Source: Trichosphaerium sp. ATCC 40318 (taxonomy: Eukaryota > Protista > Tubulinea). From it: 64,000 nt of DNA. The notes under the pieces were generated by a model. It searched no databases and had not been told where the DNA came from. It saw only the letters and a list, made by a program, of their open reading frames with translations. Positions 44,379 to 57,065 of the stretch are shown here, piece after piece (the stretch's first letter is position 1; every line of letters begins with the position of its first letter). The stretch spans positions 124,001-188,000 of the forward strand of contig JALMLS010000017.1 of the NCBI GenBank assembly GCA_038496445.1, given 5' to 3'. The translations under genes and the position numbers were made by a program.

Positions 44379-44494
44379 TGCGGGTTTGTAAAAACGTTGA
44401 CTTTTTTTTGTTTTTTGCCTTCGACGGTTTACATTTGCAACGTAGTACGTACAGTGTACTTACTGTAATTCCGCAGTCCCATGGGCATACGAAA

Positions 44495-45506
44495 ATGATG
44501 AAAGATGTGCCTTTCGCATCATTTCACTCCTCTGATGATCTAGAGGATGTTAATTTCGACCATGAGGAGCGAACGTCTGGTGAAATTATCACCGTTGTAA
44601 TACTTTCAGTTTCGTTTCGCGAAAGACTCCAAATACGCACAAATACGCACGCAACAATAGCCACACTCATTAAAACAGTATGTAATTTGCATAATCACAT
44701 TTTTTTTGTAACTTTTCTCTGTAGCTACGGACACGCGCGGTACCAACCTTATGATTAAAGCACGCATAGAGTTTCTAACCGTTTATTAGCCAATAGCAAA
44801 AGACAAATCAATACGGCTCATCTATGAGGGCAAGGTTATGCAAGAAACACAGACGTTAGCGTACTATGGGATAAGACAAGATAAATCAGCTCTACACGCA
44901 GCTATTTCAAACGCAAATACAAGAACTGAGCCTCTCAGTGAGGTGACACTTTGGAAAAAAAATAAATCAAAAATATTCATTTTTCTGTTCAGGAAGATGA
45001 CGCAATTCGTGGACTTGACAGATTACGTGACTTTGGTCTAGGACAACAAGAGATTGAGCAAGCGCGCCAGTTATTTTTACAAAGTCCTCAAGTGCAAGGG
45101 CAACTCAGTACGAGCATCAACTTTAACCGATCTTTTTTTGTTGTCAGATTTTATGTCTCATTTTTTTTTGTTCAGATAGAGGAGCCAATACACTCGATTT
45201 GGAGGACTTGTGGTTCCAAAATACGAACCAACAAGGTATAGCCGATGCAAGACAGCATGATCAAATACATCAACTACAAGAAGGTAGTTTTGAGGACTTG
45301 TTCCTTGGCATGCTTGTTGGGTTTTTGCTAGGTTTTGTAATTATTTTTTGGGTTAGTAACTGAAAAACCTTTGTTTTTGTTTTTGTTATTAACGAGGGTT
45401 TCTCTTCTAGTTATGGGATTCTTCCCTGTCTAGACGTACACGTTATGGTATGTTAGCTGGGATTGCATGTAATATAAGCTTTGGCATTATACGTATGACG
45501 AAATAA
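44495..45506 (+). CDS. DSC E3 ligase complex subunit 3-like (ubiquitin-like domain + C-terminal TM; DUF2407)
   Basis: IRLIYEGKVMQETQTLAYYGI...LHAAIS; RGLDRLRDFG..EIEQARQLF; LEDLW; DLFLGMLVGFLLG; RRTRYGMLAGIACN. Confidence 0.8.
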
Positions 45507-45747
45507 ACATTTTATTTTTGCCAACGTGGCTTTTTATTTGAATGATTTCAACAAAACAAGTCGAGAAAGACAGTAACTAGCTTTTTCTCTACCATTTTGC
45601 CCAAAAACATTATTTAAAATATAAGGTGCACTAAGAAAAGAAGAATGTTCTGACGAAAATTTTTGGATTGAGAATGTAATGAGAAAAGGTATTGAAGAAG
45701 GGAAAAACCTTATCTTTATTTTTCAGATTAGTTTTTTCTTTTTACAA

Positions 45748-47026
45748 TCAAATCACAGTAGGCGAATTATCTCCTACAATTGCCAATATGGTAGCGTCTG
45801 GGACTTCTACTGGTGATGACCAATCAAGGGCTAGAAGAGCTGGTGGGATTTCTAGGGTAGCTAGTCTGAAAAAGTCAAAACTGGCTTGAGCATCTGGGTT
45901 GCCTACACCGCTTGTATCTAGCACGTGTTAGCGTCAATATCTTTTCTCTATATTTATACTTACCCAAGTTATTAAATACACGCGCTTGTGGGGCAGCGCA
46001 GCAGTATGTGCCGACATAGTTCCAATCAGTGTATGAGTTGAGGCCAACCTAGCAACAGCATAAGCACAAATTACAATCAATGCTGTTTGTTAGTACCTGA
46101 ATTGGTCCAGTCATATCTGCTCTATGGTAGCGCCTGTGTACTATCCAACTGCCACCTGGTACACCTCTGTACATAACAATAATGTACTCAGCAACTCGGA
46201 ACACTTGTACTTCCATACGAGGTGATCCACCAACTAAACCAGTAGGATCAAGTACTAGGTTACTGTTGCTGTTTGTTGTTGTTTTAGTTTCTACGTTTTG
46301 TGTCTTAGTTTACTGTCAACGAGGTCATCTTCAAATACCTGTAACAGCTCTAACTCCATTATCGGTACCCACATTCATGAACACGTAGTTCTCTTGGAAA
46401 GGAGTCCATACTCTATTCAAAGAACATTGTTAATTTATGTTGTGTTATTTGTAACGTACGGTTCTGTAGGTCTTGGTCTTCTAAACATTATACCTGCCAT
46501 CGAAAACTGAACATTTGGTATTTCGTCGGCAACAGGATCCAATGATCTTAAGTAAACCATACTGTGGGCAACAAAATGTGGTTCATTAACAACTTTGTAT
46601 GCAAACGGTCCACGCAAATTCATGTACTAAAAATCTCGTTTAGTACAATCTTAGATTCACATTCTGCAGGAAAGCGAGCGTAACGTACCCATCCGCTAGT
46701 GTAAGGGCGCATATACATGTTACCTGCTTCTGTGGTATCGATATCGTAAACCTCGAGTTGATCTGGTGCGCGTATGGCTGCTATATCCCACTTTGAAATA
46801 AAAATGAGTTGCGTGGTTGTCTGAGTTTTCTTCGAACGTACATTGTCTGTCATATATGACCGAAGCCACTGGGTGATCGTAGACGCATCATCAAACTCAT
46901 CGCTTAGCCCAACTAGAGGATCTGCGAACACCAGAGCTAGAGCTATTTCAAGTAAGCTTTAGTGACTTGTTATCGAGCGGAAAACAACTTACATATGAAG
47001 CAGAGAAGGATTATGGCTTGTTTCAT
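45748..47026 (-). CDS. Secreted protein, probable concanavalin A-like beta-sandwich of bacterial-like type
   Basis: Signal peptide MKQAIILLCFI; LSDEFDD; PYTSGW-YMNLRGPFAYKVV; FSMAGIMFRRP; ENYVFMNVG; VHRRYHRADM...QVGLNSYTDW; ASFDFFRL. Confidence 0.6.
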
Positions 47027-47966
47027 TGCTGTTGTTGTGTTGTCCAAGTCACTTTGGATAAGTGTCTTTGCCTTTTCTGACAATCAGTTAACGCACGTGA
47101 TTCACATGAATCAAGAGGAAGTTCCACTAAATGAGGTTTGTTATGTAAATGGTTCTCTCTTTGTTTTCTCGGTTTTGCCCGTGTAGTTCTTTGAATATGG
47201 CTATTCAAACGAGCAGAAGGTCTATTTGAAGCGCGTGAAACAGGTGAAGTGTTTTATCAAAAATGTCAAACAATACTGCATCAAAGTTTCTGACTTGTTT
47301 GGCACAATACGTGTTAACTTTTTTTCCGCGAGTTTTAAATGAAACACGACTATTCGGTTTTCTTTCACATTTCCAAGAGCTTGACTGAAAAACCGGTTTA
47401 AGACAGGCAGATTTGGTTCATATTCAGACGTCACGTGCGTGGATTGGGACGGCAAACAAACGAGATGAAAAATGCTGATGAGCGTTTTAAATATTCACGT
47501 GTTTTCACATAAGCCTTTTTTTGCAACTTGCAAGTTTCAACCCACTAACATAATGGTCCTGATCTCTGTATTGTATAGTAAGTCAATAGCAACAATAAAG
47601 GCCAACCCACAAAATCCACACGTGTTTGTTCATCAGTTTTAATTGATTGTTTTTTAAATCCTTTCCGAGATCTGTCCAAGGGTTACTTATTTGCTTGGCA
47701 ATAAAAAAAAGCGCTAAATGAGAGAAGGTATTAATACTAGAATACTAAGACCAGCAACATTGTGAGGAAAGTGAGCTTTGTTGAGCTACCAAAAAAGCAA
47801 AAAAAAAAAAAAGCGATTTTGCAAACAACCTCCAACTCTTGCTCAAGCCCTTTCTTCGCCAGAATGTCACTACGTATCTTTTTGCACTTAAAAAGTCATA
47901 ATCAGTCCCAAACTACTAGACATACAGCCTTAGCTTGTCGTAGTACAAATATATTCGAACAAACAA

Positions 47967-48884
47967 ATGGAATCACTACACGAACAGCAAACAACAGAAA
48001 ATCAAATGTCTCGCCGTAAATTCAATCTCACAGCACTCCCAGTTGAAATAATCGTGTATATTCTCAAACAAGGTGAGTATACACTTAGTTCAGCCCAAAT
48101 ATGCCATTTCATGCGAGATATCGTCCACACCCATATCGGATATGGTGAAATAAAGGTCAATAGCGAAAACGACGTTAAAATACTCTCTGGAAGTCCTCTA
48201 CTACAGAACACGACAATTTCTTTGCTTGGATTTGTAGCAAAGGACAGTTATTTGAAGTTGCTGGCAGGTGTACGTAATATCAATTTAGCGTATACCAGCA
48301 TATCAGACAAAGGTTTGAAGGTGTTGGCAGGTGTGCACAGTATTAACTTGGGCTTTTGTAAAGAAATAACAGATGAGGGCATTAAAGCATTGGCAGGTGT
48401 ACATACTATTACTTTAGAAAACACCAGGGTCACAGATGAAGGCGTCAAGGCTTTGTCTGGTGTACATACCATTGACTTGTCTGTTACATCAATAACAGAT
48501 GAGGGTATCAAGGCACTAGCTGGTGTGCACAAAATTAATCTAAACCAATGTCCATTGATTACAGATGAAGGAATCAAAGCATTGGCTGGTGTGTATGATA
48601 TTAGCTTGACACTTTCAAATGTTACAGATGATGGTTTAAAGGCTTTGGCAGGCGTACATACTATCAATTTGGATTGTTGTTTTCATATCACAGATGAAGG
48701 TGTAAAGGCGTTAGCTGGTGTACATACAATACTACTACCAGCAACTTATATAACAGATGAAAGCTTAAAGTATTTGGTAGGTGTACATACTATCAATTTG
48801 GATGCGTGTGATTATATTACAGAGGAGGGACTTGAGTTTTTGGTTGGGGTTCATGAACTTAGCATAAAATATGCAAATGTTTGA
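47967..48884 (+). CDS. Intronless F-box/LRR protein
   Basis: LTALPVEIIVYIL (F-box); ~10 near-identical ITDEG(I/V/L)KALAGVHTI.L repeats. Confidence 0.9.
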   Translation: MESLHEQQTTENQMSRRKFNLTALPVEIIVYILKQGEYTLSSAQICHFMRDIVHTHIGYGEIKVNSENDVKILSGSPLLQNTTISLLGFVAKDSYLKLLAGVRNINLAYTSISDKGLKVLAGVHSINLGFCKEITDEGIKALAGVHTITLENTRVTDEGVKALSGVHTIDLSVTSITDEGIKALAGVHKINLNQCPLITDEGIKALAGVYDISLTLSNVTDDGLKALAGVHTINLDCCFHITDEGVKALAGVHTILLPATYITDESLKYLVGVHTINLDACDYITEEGLEFLVGVHELSIKYANV

Positions 48885-49336
48885 AACGCTGCTATATTAA
48901 TTCTCTTCTTTGGGTTCTGAGAGCTCCTTTGCATTATCCTCTTGTTTTTTAACAACAAGACATTTCCTTTTATTCTTGTTAACATTGACACTAAACAGAA
49001 ACATGAATGTCAACTTGCTTTTGAATAATACTACAAAGAGATACATACCTCTTCCTGAATTGTTGTAAATTATTGAGATCATTTATCATTGCTATTAAAG
49101 TAGACTTGCCAACACGGTTCTTAGTTATTGCATGAATTCTCGAAAACTGAAAGAAAGGCAATTCTTATTTTTTTCCTTTTACAACATTGTTCAAGTTCTA
49201 AAGTCTGTCCGAAGGCTCTATGATTTAAATCTACCACAAAATTATTTTGTCCGTGCTTTGTGAGACGATTATTAGACATATATTTATTCAGTTAACGAAA
49301 CTAGCATTGTTCATTGTTTTTCGTTGAGAGCGAACC

Positions 49337-50514
49337 ATGGGAAAGTACGCTCAAATTGTAATGGGCCCAGCTGGTAGTGGCAAGACCACATATTGTAAAG
49401 TACGCGTATTTACGCGTATTTATCTCATTTCATGCAGTTTATGGCGAAACATTTGGAAACTCTAAAGAGAAGACCTCATCTTGTTAATTTTGACCCCGCT
49501 GCAGATGGTAAAGACGAGTTTTATGATATTGGTGCGTTTGTAGTTAAATATAATAAACTAAGCTTGTAGATATACGCAACCTTGTTACAATAGACGACAT
49601 TATGGAAGAACTTGAATTTGGGCCTAACGGCGGACTTGTTTACGCAATTGAATTTCTTGCTCAAAACAAAGACTGGTTACAGGACGAATTGGGCGACTAT
49701 GACGACGACTACCTAGTTATTGATTGCCCTGGTACAACTTATTTTTTGCCAACTTTTCCTCATTGTTACAATAGGTCAAATCGAGCTTTACACGCACGTA
49801 CGCGCTATGAAGACTATTGTACAGGAACTACAACGATTAAATTACCACTGTGTTGTTTTGTATCTTCTTGACTCTCAATTCATGGGAGACCCAAGTAAAT
49901 TCATTTCTGGATCACTCATGTCATTGTCGGCAATGGTACGTGCCTTATAAGAAGCAAAAGAACTGACAAGTGTCAAAAATTAAAAAAAACACAAAAAAAT
50001 CATTTGACTTCTTTTTCTCACTCTCTTTGTAGGTTCACTTCGAATTACCACATCTAAATGTCTTGACAAAAATGGATATGGTTGCAAAACAAACAAATCC
50101 TAAAAAGATGGATAAATTTCTTGATGGTGATGTTGAGCTACTAGCAACTGAAATATCACAACAAATGCCAAAGAAATATCAAAAATTAGGTGAAGCAATT
50201 GCTACAGTCGTAAGTATTTTTTTTAATATGAATTCTATTTGTGTTTATGATAGTTTGGTGCACGTGTTGGAGCATTTTAGTACAACTGACACGTGATAAA
50301 AAACTTGCTACACGAGACAAAAATTTTTGTTTGTTTTTTTTTACTGATGATATTCTTTTAGGTTTCTGACTATGGCATGGTACGCTTTCATCCTGTAAAT
50401 TTAATGGAAGAAGATGGTTTGGAAACTTTACTACATCATATTGATATATCTACTCAATACGGTGAAGATGAAGAACCAACAGAACCAAACGATAAAATAG
50501 AATTTGAATACTAA
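49337..50514 (+). CDS. GPN3: GPN-loop GTPase 3
   Basis: MGKYAQIVMGPAGSGKTTYC, NFDPAAD, FGPNGGLVY, DCPGQIELYTH, KFISG, ELPHLNVLTKMD, QYGEDEEP. Confidence 0.93.
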
Positions 50515-50770
50515 GAAGAAAAAAAAAACCCTCAATTTCCACTGATGATCTAACTAACACTGTACTCAATAAAACTGAAATAATGTCACAAATAAAACCA
50601 ATAAGAAGGCGTAAAGTCGCGTTATATTCTGTGTTAGTATACAATAACAAGTCCAACTTTGTTTATTCACTCATCTGTAAGGTATGTCGTAGATATAGGT
50701 TAAAAGAACTATTTATTAAGTAGCCTGACGTAGGCATAACGCGTCAAGGTATCACATGTTCTTGCTATAA

Positions 50771-51688
50771 TCATTCAATACAAGGCCACCCTGTTTGCCT
50801 TTCAATCCATATTAAACCCAAAGACTCGACATCTTTTCTTGTAATCTTGCATTTGCTATCACCACGGACATACTTAAGAGACTTCAGCTGTTTCAAAACT
50901 GAACTAGTAACTTTTGGACACCACTGAAGTTCCAAGTACTTCAAGTTAACCAAGTTCTTCAAACAGTCATTTGTAAGGTTCTCACAATACCCAAGAACAA
51001 GCGCTTCAAGGTTAACCAAGTCTTTTAACCCTATTCCAGTTGTATCATTAAAACACATCCTAAGTTCCTTCACATTTGTCAATGTCTTAATGCCGTCATC
51101 TGTACATGAGTACCCATTGGTGATAACAAGTGTATGCACATTGCAAAGCTCTCTTAACCACGTGTCTTTGGCTTCATGAACTGTAACACAATACGCATCT
51201 TTGAGAGCTTTTATTCCTTCAATAGTAATCGCAGGACATTCAATAATATTAATCGTATGAACATGTCTGAGTGCTTTCAAAGAAACATCAGTAATGAAGG
51301 ACCCTCTCAAGTCAATCTCGTGTATCCTATGCTTTCCTCCTTGTAGCAATGCAAGAATACCTTTATCGGATGCGCCACTGGTTTGTAGGTCTAGTCTATG
51401 AACTCCAGCAAGATTAACAAGCTCGTTCACAGGTAAAGTTATCCAATCGGAACTAATTCTGGTGTTTTTAAGGAGTGGACTGTCTTTGAGATGGCGACAA
51501 TCTGATGGTTTTTTTAATGTTAAGTAATGTATGCCTATATCGTGGCGGATGAGGTTATTAAACAAATGGGAGACTAGGCAGGCGTTTATACGCTCTTTTT
51601 TGTTTAAATTTTGTAGAATCAGTCTTATCATCTCTGGTGGTAGTTCTTCAACGGGTTGCACTTGTTCTATTTCATTTGTTGCGCTCAT
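50771..51688 (-). CDS. Intronless F-box/LRR protein
   Basis: VEELPPEMIRLILQNL...NACLVSHLF (F-box); KDSPLLKNTRI; LRRs with VHTI/VHRL/VKEL. Confidence 0.88.
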   Translation of the reverse strand: MSATNEIEQVQPVEELPPEMIRLILQNLNKKERINACLVSHLFNNLIRHDIGIHYLTLKKPSDCRHLKDSPLLKNTRISSDWITLPVNELVNLAGVHRLDLQTSGASDKGILALLQGGKHRIHEIDLRGSFITDVSLKALRHVHTINIIECPAITIEGIKALKDAYCVTVHEAKDTWLRELCNVHTLVITNGYSCTDDGIKTLTNVKELRMCFNDTTGIGLKDLVNLEALVLGYCENLTNDCLKNLVNLKYLELQWCPKVTSSVLKQLKSLKYVRGDSKCKITRKDVESLGLIWIERQTGWPCIE

Positions 51689-51940
51689 TTTGTTGTTACG
51701 TTTGAGATTAACTGAACTAGAAATTATTGAGTGAAATGACATTGGTTAAGTGACGTTTTTGGTTTTTCTCAAAAATTTCTCTTAGCGTACATAAAAAGGG
51801 TATCTGGTGAACTGGTATTCAAACTACCATTTCAAAGCAACGTAATGATGTCATATGTAGTACGCCAAGTACTATTTGGGGCAAGACAAACAAAGTTAAA
51901 GCCTCACGACAACTCGATGAAGGCTGAAAAAATTTTGTAT

Positions 51941-54043
51941 TTACATGTATGACCTTGCATACTTCATAGCAACAGATACCCACATAGGTACTTGTGTTTT
52001 GTTTGTTTCAAAAGTATCCTCAGAAACTGGTTCTGCACTAGAAACTAGATCATCTAGTTCTTCTTTCATTGCCTTACGCAATGACTCGTTTTTCGTTGTT
52101 ACAAAAATCTTTGGAAGCAATCAGTTGAAGAAAAGGGTTTAAAAAAAAAAAGGTTTGTTCTGTGTACCTGTGCTTCTGTGTCCCTGTGAGCACTTCGTTG
52201 ACCAAAATTAGGGCTTCCAATAGACGACATGAATGTATCATCATTTTCATCTTGTAGCCACAAGCCCTTGCCATGATATGTCATGCCTTCTGATACCCAT
52301 TCGAATAAAGATATTGGTTTTTTAGAATCAACAACTTTTTGAAAAAACTCACTCAACACAGACCTATAAGCAGCAGGTATGTAACCAGACATTCCCTAGT
52401 TAAAACAATAAGTAAACTAAAATTGAAGGTATTTAAAATCTTACCTTAGAACCATTGAATCCGTTCGCAGATGGTGAAGCAACTACTATATCACATGATT
52501 TACAAGAAGACTCCAAAACAGCAGTTTCATATCCAGGTGTAAAGTTAAAGTATGGAGAAGTGATTGTCAGTTTACTCTCACTGTTTCCCTCCTTTAGTAA
52601 TTTCTCAATAAGATAAAGTTCTGCGTACCTTGGTAGAGTCTCTATAAGCTCTGTTAAGATCTCAGTATCTTGTGTAATATTAGACGACCCAATTTGAATT
52701 GAAGGATAAATGGTTGTATCTGTAAAAAAAAGTTAACAATTATTGTTCCAAAACTTGATGAGTTACCTGCTTCATTATCAATCACGTGGTTATCCCGAAA
52801 CTTTGCGACACTATCCAATACACATTCACGAGTTAGCTGTGAAAATTGTCGAGATGCTGAACTCGGATTCGGAACGCCAGCAGGTAGTAACTAAATTGAA
52901 AATTATTTCTGTTCTTTATTGGGTTTTTGCGTACTAACTTGTCATCTACCAATTTATAAGATACACGTGTCAATGCAGAAATGAGATCTACAAAAAACTG
53001 TGCTGTGGAAGCATCCTTTATGCAAGCATATCTATCTATGTAGGTTTAAACAAGCGAAGTTAATGTTATTACTAACCTTGTCTATTTGTAAAATATGATT
53101 CGTTCAGGTTTGCTCTAAGGTTAATAAGTGAGTAAAACTGTGACCACTGTGAGATGGTAAGCGCTACCCAGATATGATTATATCATCATCTACGATATAA
53201 GCCTTTATATGATCTTATTTAAAGTCAGATAAAACGTTACAGATGTGAGGTAGCTTTTGAGCAATGTATTTCGAAAAATGGCTTAATGTTATTTTTTTTG
53301 TTCTTCACTTACGCACGCCTATCACTTCATTCATGCGTTGTGGAACAATAAAATTCCATGGGAATGATAACAATGGTGTTTGAAAAAAGTATGCACCAAC
53401 TCTTTTCGGGTAAGTGCCTGTCAATGGTGATACCATCAACACAGAGCTTTTACCATTACTTTCTCTTCTTGTTCCTCTACAAAAATACTCCAACGTTAGA
53501 CACAAAACTGTTACACGTGATAAATGCAAACCTTAGTTTATCTTGAAGAAATACAACCTCCAGATCTGGTTTTTCAGCGACACGGTCTTCAACTGCTTTT
53601 ATCTTTTTTTGTAATAAGTTGTAAGTTCTTTTACACCTCAAAAACGCGTGCCAGCTTTGTTGCTAAGGTACCGCTGCCAATGTAAAGGGTTGAAAGAACG
53701 ATTCGCCTTTCAGCGAGTTGGATGCGCTTCTATAGATATCTACGTTAATATGTACACGTTGGTAGTTGTAAAACAAGCTAACTAAGTTCGTGCCAGTAAG
53801 GTTTCATAAAAAGTAGTAGGCTTCTTGATAATGCTAATGTTATCACCGCTAACGCCTATCCCAAAGGTGTGTTTGCGTAGTACAGCTGTAACCTGCTCAT
53901 AACTTGTAAATGAACGTTTCTTCATGACAGGCGCTGCAGTTGCTTTATAACGAGCTCGGGTGCCTTCAATGTTGGTGTCAAAAAGAACAAGACAAATTGC
54001 TGTTAGATTTACCAAATGTGTATCGTTGGCACTTCAAAATCAT
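51941..54043 (-). CDS. PGS1: Mitochondrial CDP-diacylglycerol--glycerol-3-phosphate 3-phosphatidyltransferase (PLD superfamily)
   Basis: PTTFYETLL, RIVLSTLYIG, CRGTR, RMNEVIGV-HIKAYIVDDDIIISG-ANLNESYFTNRQDRY, SPYFNFT, ANGF, TYHGKGLW, IGSPNFGQRSAHRDTEAQ. Confidence 0.93.
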
Positions 54044-54259
54044 TAGGTTCGCCTGTAAACATTGAACTTAGCTAGTAGCCGCCTTAGCTACGCTAAGTGA
54101 AAAGGTGTCAAATTGCTGAGACAATCATTAGCTTCTCTTGAACTCGCGAAGGATTTGATAGCGTAAATGCAACGCTAATTACAGTTTTTATTGTATTGAT
54201 CAAATTTAAGTTTGTAGTCTATCTACCTACTGTGTGTAGGTGTTTGGTTAACAACAGGA

Positions 54260-55077
54260 ATGGAGGAGGTGCGTTTTGAAATGTAGCCTTAATATTAGCG
54301 TTTAACGCGTACTAGGAGGTAACCAAGCAGTGAGGAATGTGTTTAGCTTATTTACGTAATAGTTTGAAGACATTAAAGCGTTTGTACTTGAACAGACAGA
54401 TTTGCTCAGATCAGCATACGTTATAGATGACAAATACTTCCACAGTGGATCTGCAATTCCCGCGAAAAAGTTGAAGACTGTCAGGAAAAAATGTACGCAA
54501 AATGATCAAATAGTTGTTGTTTACGCCCAACAGGCAATGATAAGTTATCTAAAGCGTGTAACTCAACCTTTGGTCCAAATGCACGAAAGAGTATGACGTC
54601 CTTACACCTCTTTGCCTTTGACATTGTATAGAGGTATTAGAAGTAGTGCAATCGTTTCTAGAAGACCCTAATCACGGACAACCAACTGAGGCGGAAATAC
54701 TTCATGACGAGGCGACGCGTCTCCAGCAAGCATATCAAACATGCCACAGTACACTAGAACACTTGCAAGAGCTCACTGCAATCACACGAAATACAAACCT
54801 GGATCAACTGACATCAAACGCAGTTAAACTTCAAGACGAATTACAAGAGACAAACAGGCACAAGACTGAATGTAACAATAAGTTGATGATTAACCCTTCT
54901 ACGCCAGGTTAATGAAGCGTACGCACGAGAAAATAGAACAAGGAGGGTTTAGAAGACCACAAAGCAAAAAACGTAAAACAGAGAAAACGCCACACGCAGT
55001 CGTCCTTGATTACTTCACACGCGACTAGAGAGTTCAGAATTGACGTTAAGAGTTGTAAAATAAAAAAAATAGTATAA
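54260..55077 (+). CDS. Hypothetical coiled-coil protein (boundaries uncertain)
   Basis: ORFs 54402..54596 and 54646..54912 separated by GT-AG intron; heptad-like EATRLQQAYQTCHSTLEHLQEL. Confidence 0.4.
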
Positions 55078-55188
55078 AAACAAGTCTTATCTGTAACCAG
55101 TGTATTATAACGCTCCACTAGTTGCGAAAATAATGAATACAGAGCGTGAGAGTTTATAAGAGCCAAAAAAGCATCATAAATAAAATGC

Positions 55189-55965
55189 TTAGAAACCACT
55201 CCAGGTTTGTTTCATGCCAGCATGGCGATCGTAGCCAGCGTAGTGAGAAGTAGCGAAAACATCGAAGAAACCTAAAGGTTGAGATGAGAATAGTACAAAA
55301 AAACAAAACAAAAAAAAATCAGTTTACTCACCTTCGTAAGCGTGAGCAGCAGGGTCCATAAAGGAGATGTGAGGACGGAATACCCACATCATGATGAAAC
55401 TAACAGCGCACAACATATGAACATGTGAGTTGAAGCCGGATTGTCTGACATGTTTGCTAGAGAACCATGTTAATATCTAGTGTATTTGAAAAACGTTTTT
55501 TTTTTGTTTCCTCGCTGTTGATCACGTACTAGAAGTAACGTGTTGAAAGGCCTGACAAGAATTGCCCAGTGGTCAATTTGTTCTAGAATGCGAATTAGCG
55601 CTAAGCAAATCAATATTTTACTACCTTGTACACTGTCTTTTGGAAAATAGGTGTGTTAGCCCACTCGCGAAACGCTGCCATTGCTCTGTTACCTTCAGGG
55701 TGCAAAAGTTGTGTTTGGATTGGCTGAGTTGGGTATTTCTGGGTCTTAGCAAGGCGAAGGAGCTCCTTGTAATTTTTAATGTATTGAGCCCGCATCTCTT
55801 CGCTAAATCTCTTTAGAAAAATCCCGCAGTGATAATATAACGGTATACTAACCTCATTGGTTTTGGGTTGTGAAGACCCCAAGTTTCAGCCATAGCCCCA
55901 TGGCCTTGGGTTGAGACCTGTGGTGGGACCCACTTCAAAGTACCTGCGCCGTTGTTTGTTGCCAT
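55189..55965 (-). CDS. Small single-TM protein, possibly mitochondrial ATP synthase subunit f-like
   Basis: Four exons: MATNNGAGTLKW...KPMRFSEEM...VYK-ILTWFSSKHVRQSGFNSHVHMLCAVSFIMMWVFRPH...GFFDVF...WSGF*; K.V..S....H + TM pattern recalls subunit f (function call weak). Confidence 0.5.
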
Positions 55966-56070
55966 TGGTGTTAGAGGTATAGATAGTCAACTGCGGCTTT
56001 GGGCATTTTTCTCGTACAAAAGCGGTGGGGTGCCAAAACGCATCTTTTGTAGATTAGAAGTGTTTTACAA

Positions 56071-56984
56071 ATGGCTAGCGCCCACGTTTTAACCTTTCTC
56101 GCACTCGTTGCTATTCTATGCTTCACAACGCATGGTTATGAAGTAGAGGGCCGAATCAAGCTTGTTATGCAGCAAAATGGAACATATCAGCGAATGGAGG
56201 TGTCTCGGACGCAACGTAGAAATATATTAACAAATCTCAAGTTTGTCAACCATTTCGCTTGTATTTAATCCTATCTACTCACCCACGCATAGAATCTTTT
56301 TGTACGGTGATGATCGCACTTATTCTACATCTGCTCTCGCAGATGGTACTTGGGAACTGTATCCTATGCCCTACAACGTTTTTACAACTCCTCCATTTGT
56401 ATTTTTTCTTTAACAAGCAAAGTACAGATGTACCACCTGGTGCTTACCTCCTAGAGGTGGCTTCCGCTGACCTCGACTTTCCAAAGGTACACCAGTATGA
56501 TACGACTAATAAAATTGTCTAACACGTGGCCAGTACCGTGTTGATGTTAGTAAAAAGCATAATGGAAAAGTTCGTTCAAAAGTAGCATTTAATGACGCCA
56601 AGCAAAGAGCTTTACCTTATCCGATGGTAATATTCCCTGTACAAGGTCGTGAGTACTTTACACCACGTAAATCTTTTAATATCGTTGGCATGATACTTAA
56701 AAATCCAATGATGATGATGCTCGGTTTAATGGGTGTTATGATGGTTCTAATGCAGTATGTTGATCCTCAAGAAGCTATGAAAGAGTTGCAAAAAGAGCAA
56801 CAAGAACAAAATGAAAATGAGGATGATCCAATCGATGAGTACGTGGCAATACAGGCTTGTTGTTACCTGTGTTTTTTGAAACCTTTTTTTTTTTTGGTTG
56901 TTTCTTATTGTTGTACGTAGGTCACTACGTGAGAAAGAGTCTGATGAGTTGTTGGCTATGTTTTACCCAAAGAAGAGACGATAA
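56071..56984 (+). CDS. EMC7: ER membrane protein complex subunit 7
   Basis: Signal peptide, VEGRI, DGTWELTDVPPGAYLLEV...FPKYRVDVS...GKVR, LPYPM, EYFTPR, KNPMMMM TM, DPQEAMKE. Confidence 0.9.
56359..56422 (+). other. Candidate U12-type GT-AG intron (EMC7)
   Basis: Donor GTATCCTA; branch TTCTTTAAC 6 nt before the terminal AG; phase 2. Confidence 0.6.
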
Positions 56985-57065
56985 ACAATTTTTTTAATGA
57001 ATTCAAAAAAAAAAAGAAAAAAACTTGTAAATAAAAAATGAGTCATGTTCATGACTATATTTTAT

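Noticed and set aside
48248-48667. 139-aa antisense ORF in the LRR gene
   Set aside because: Shadow of the repetitive sense-strand LRR coding sequence
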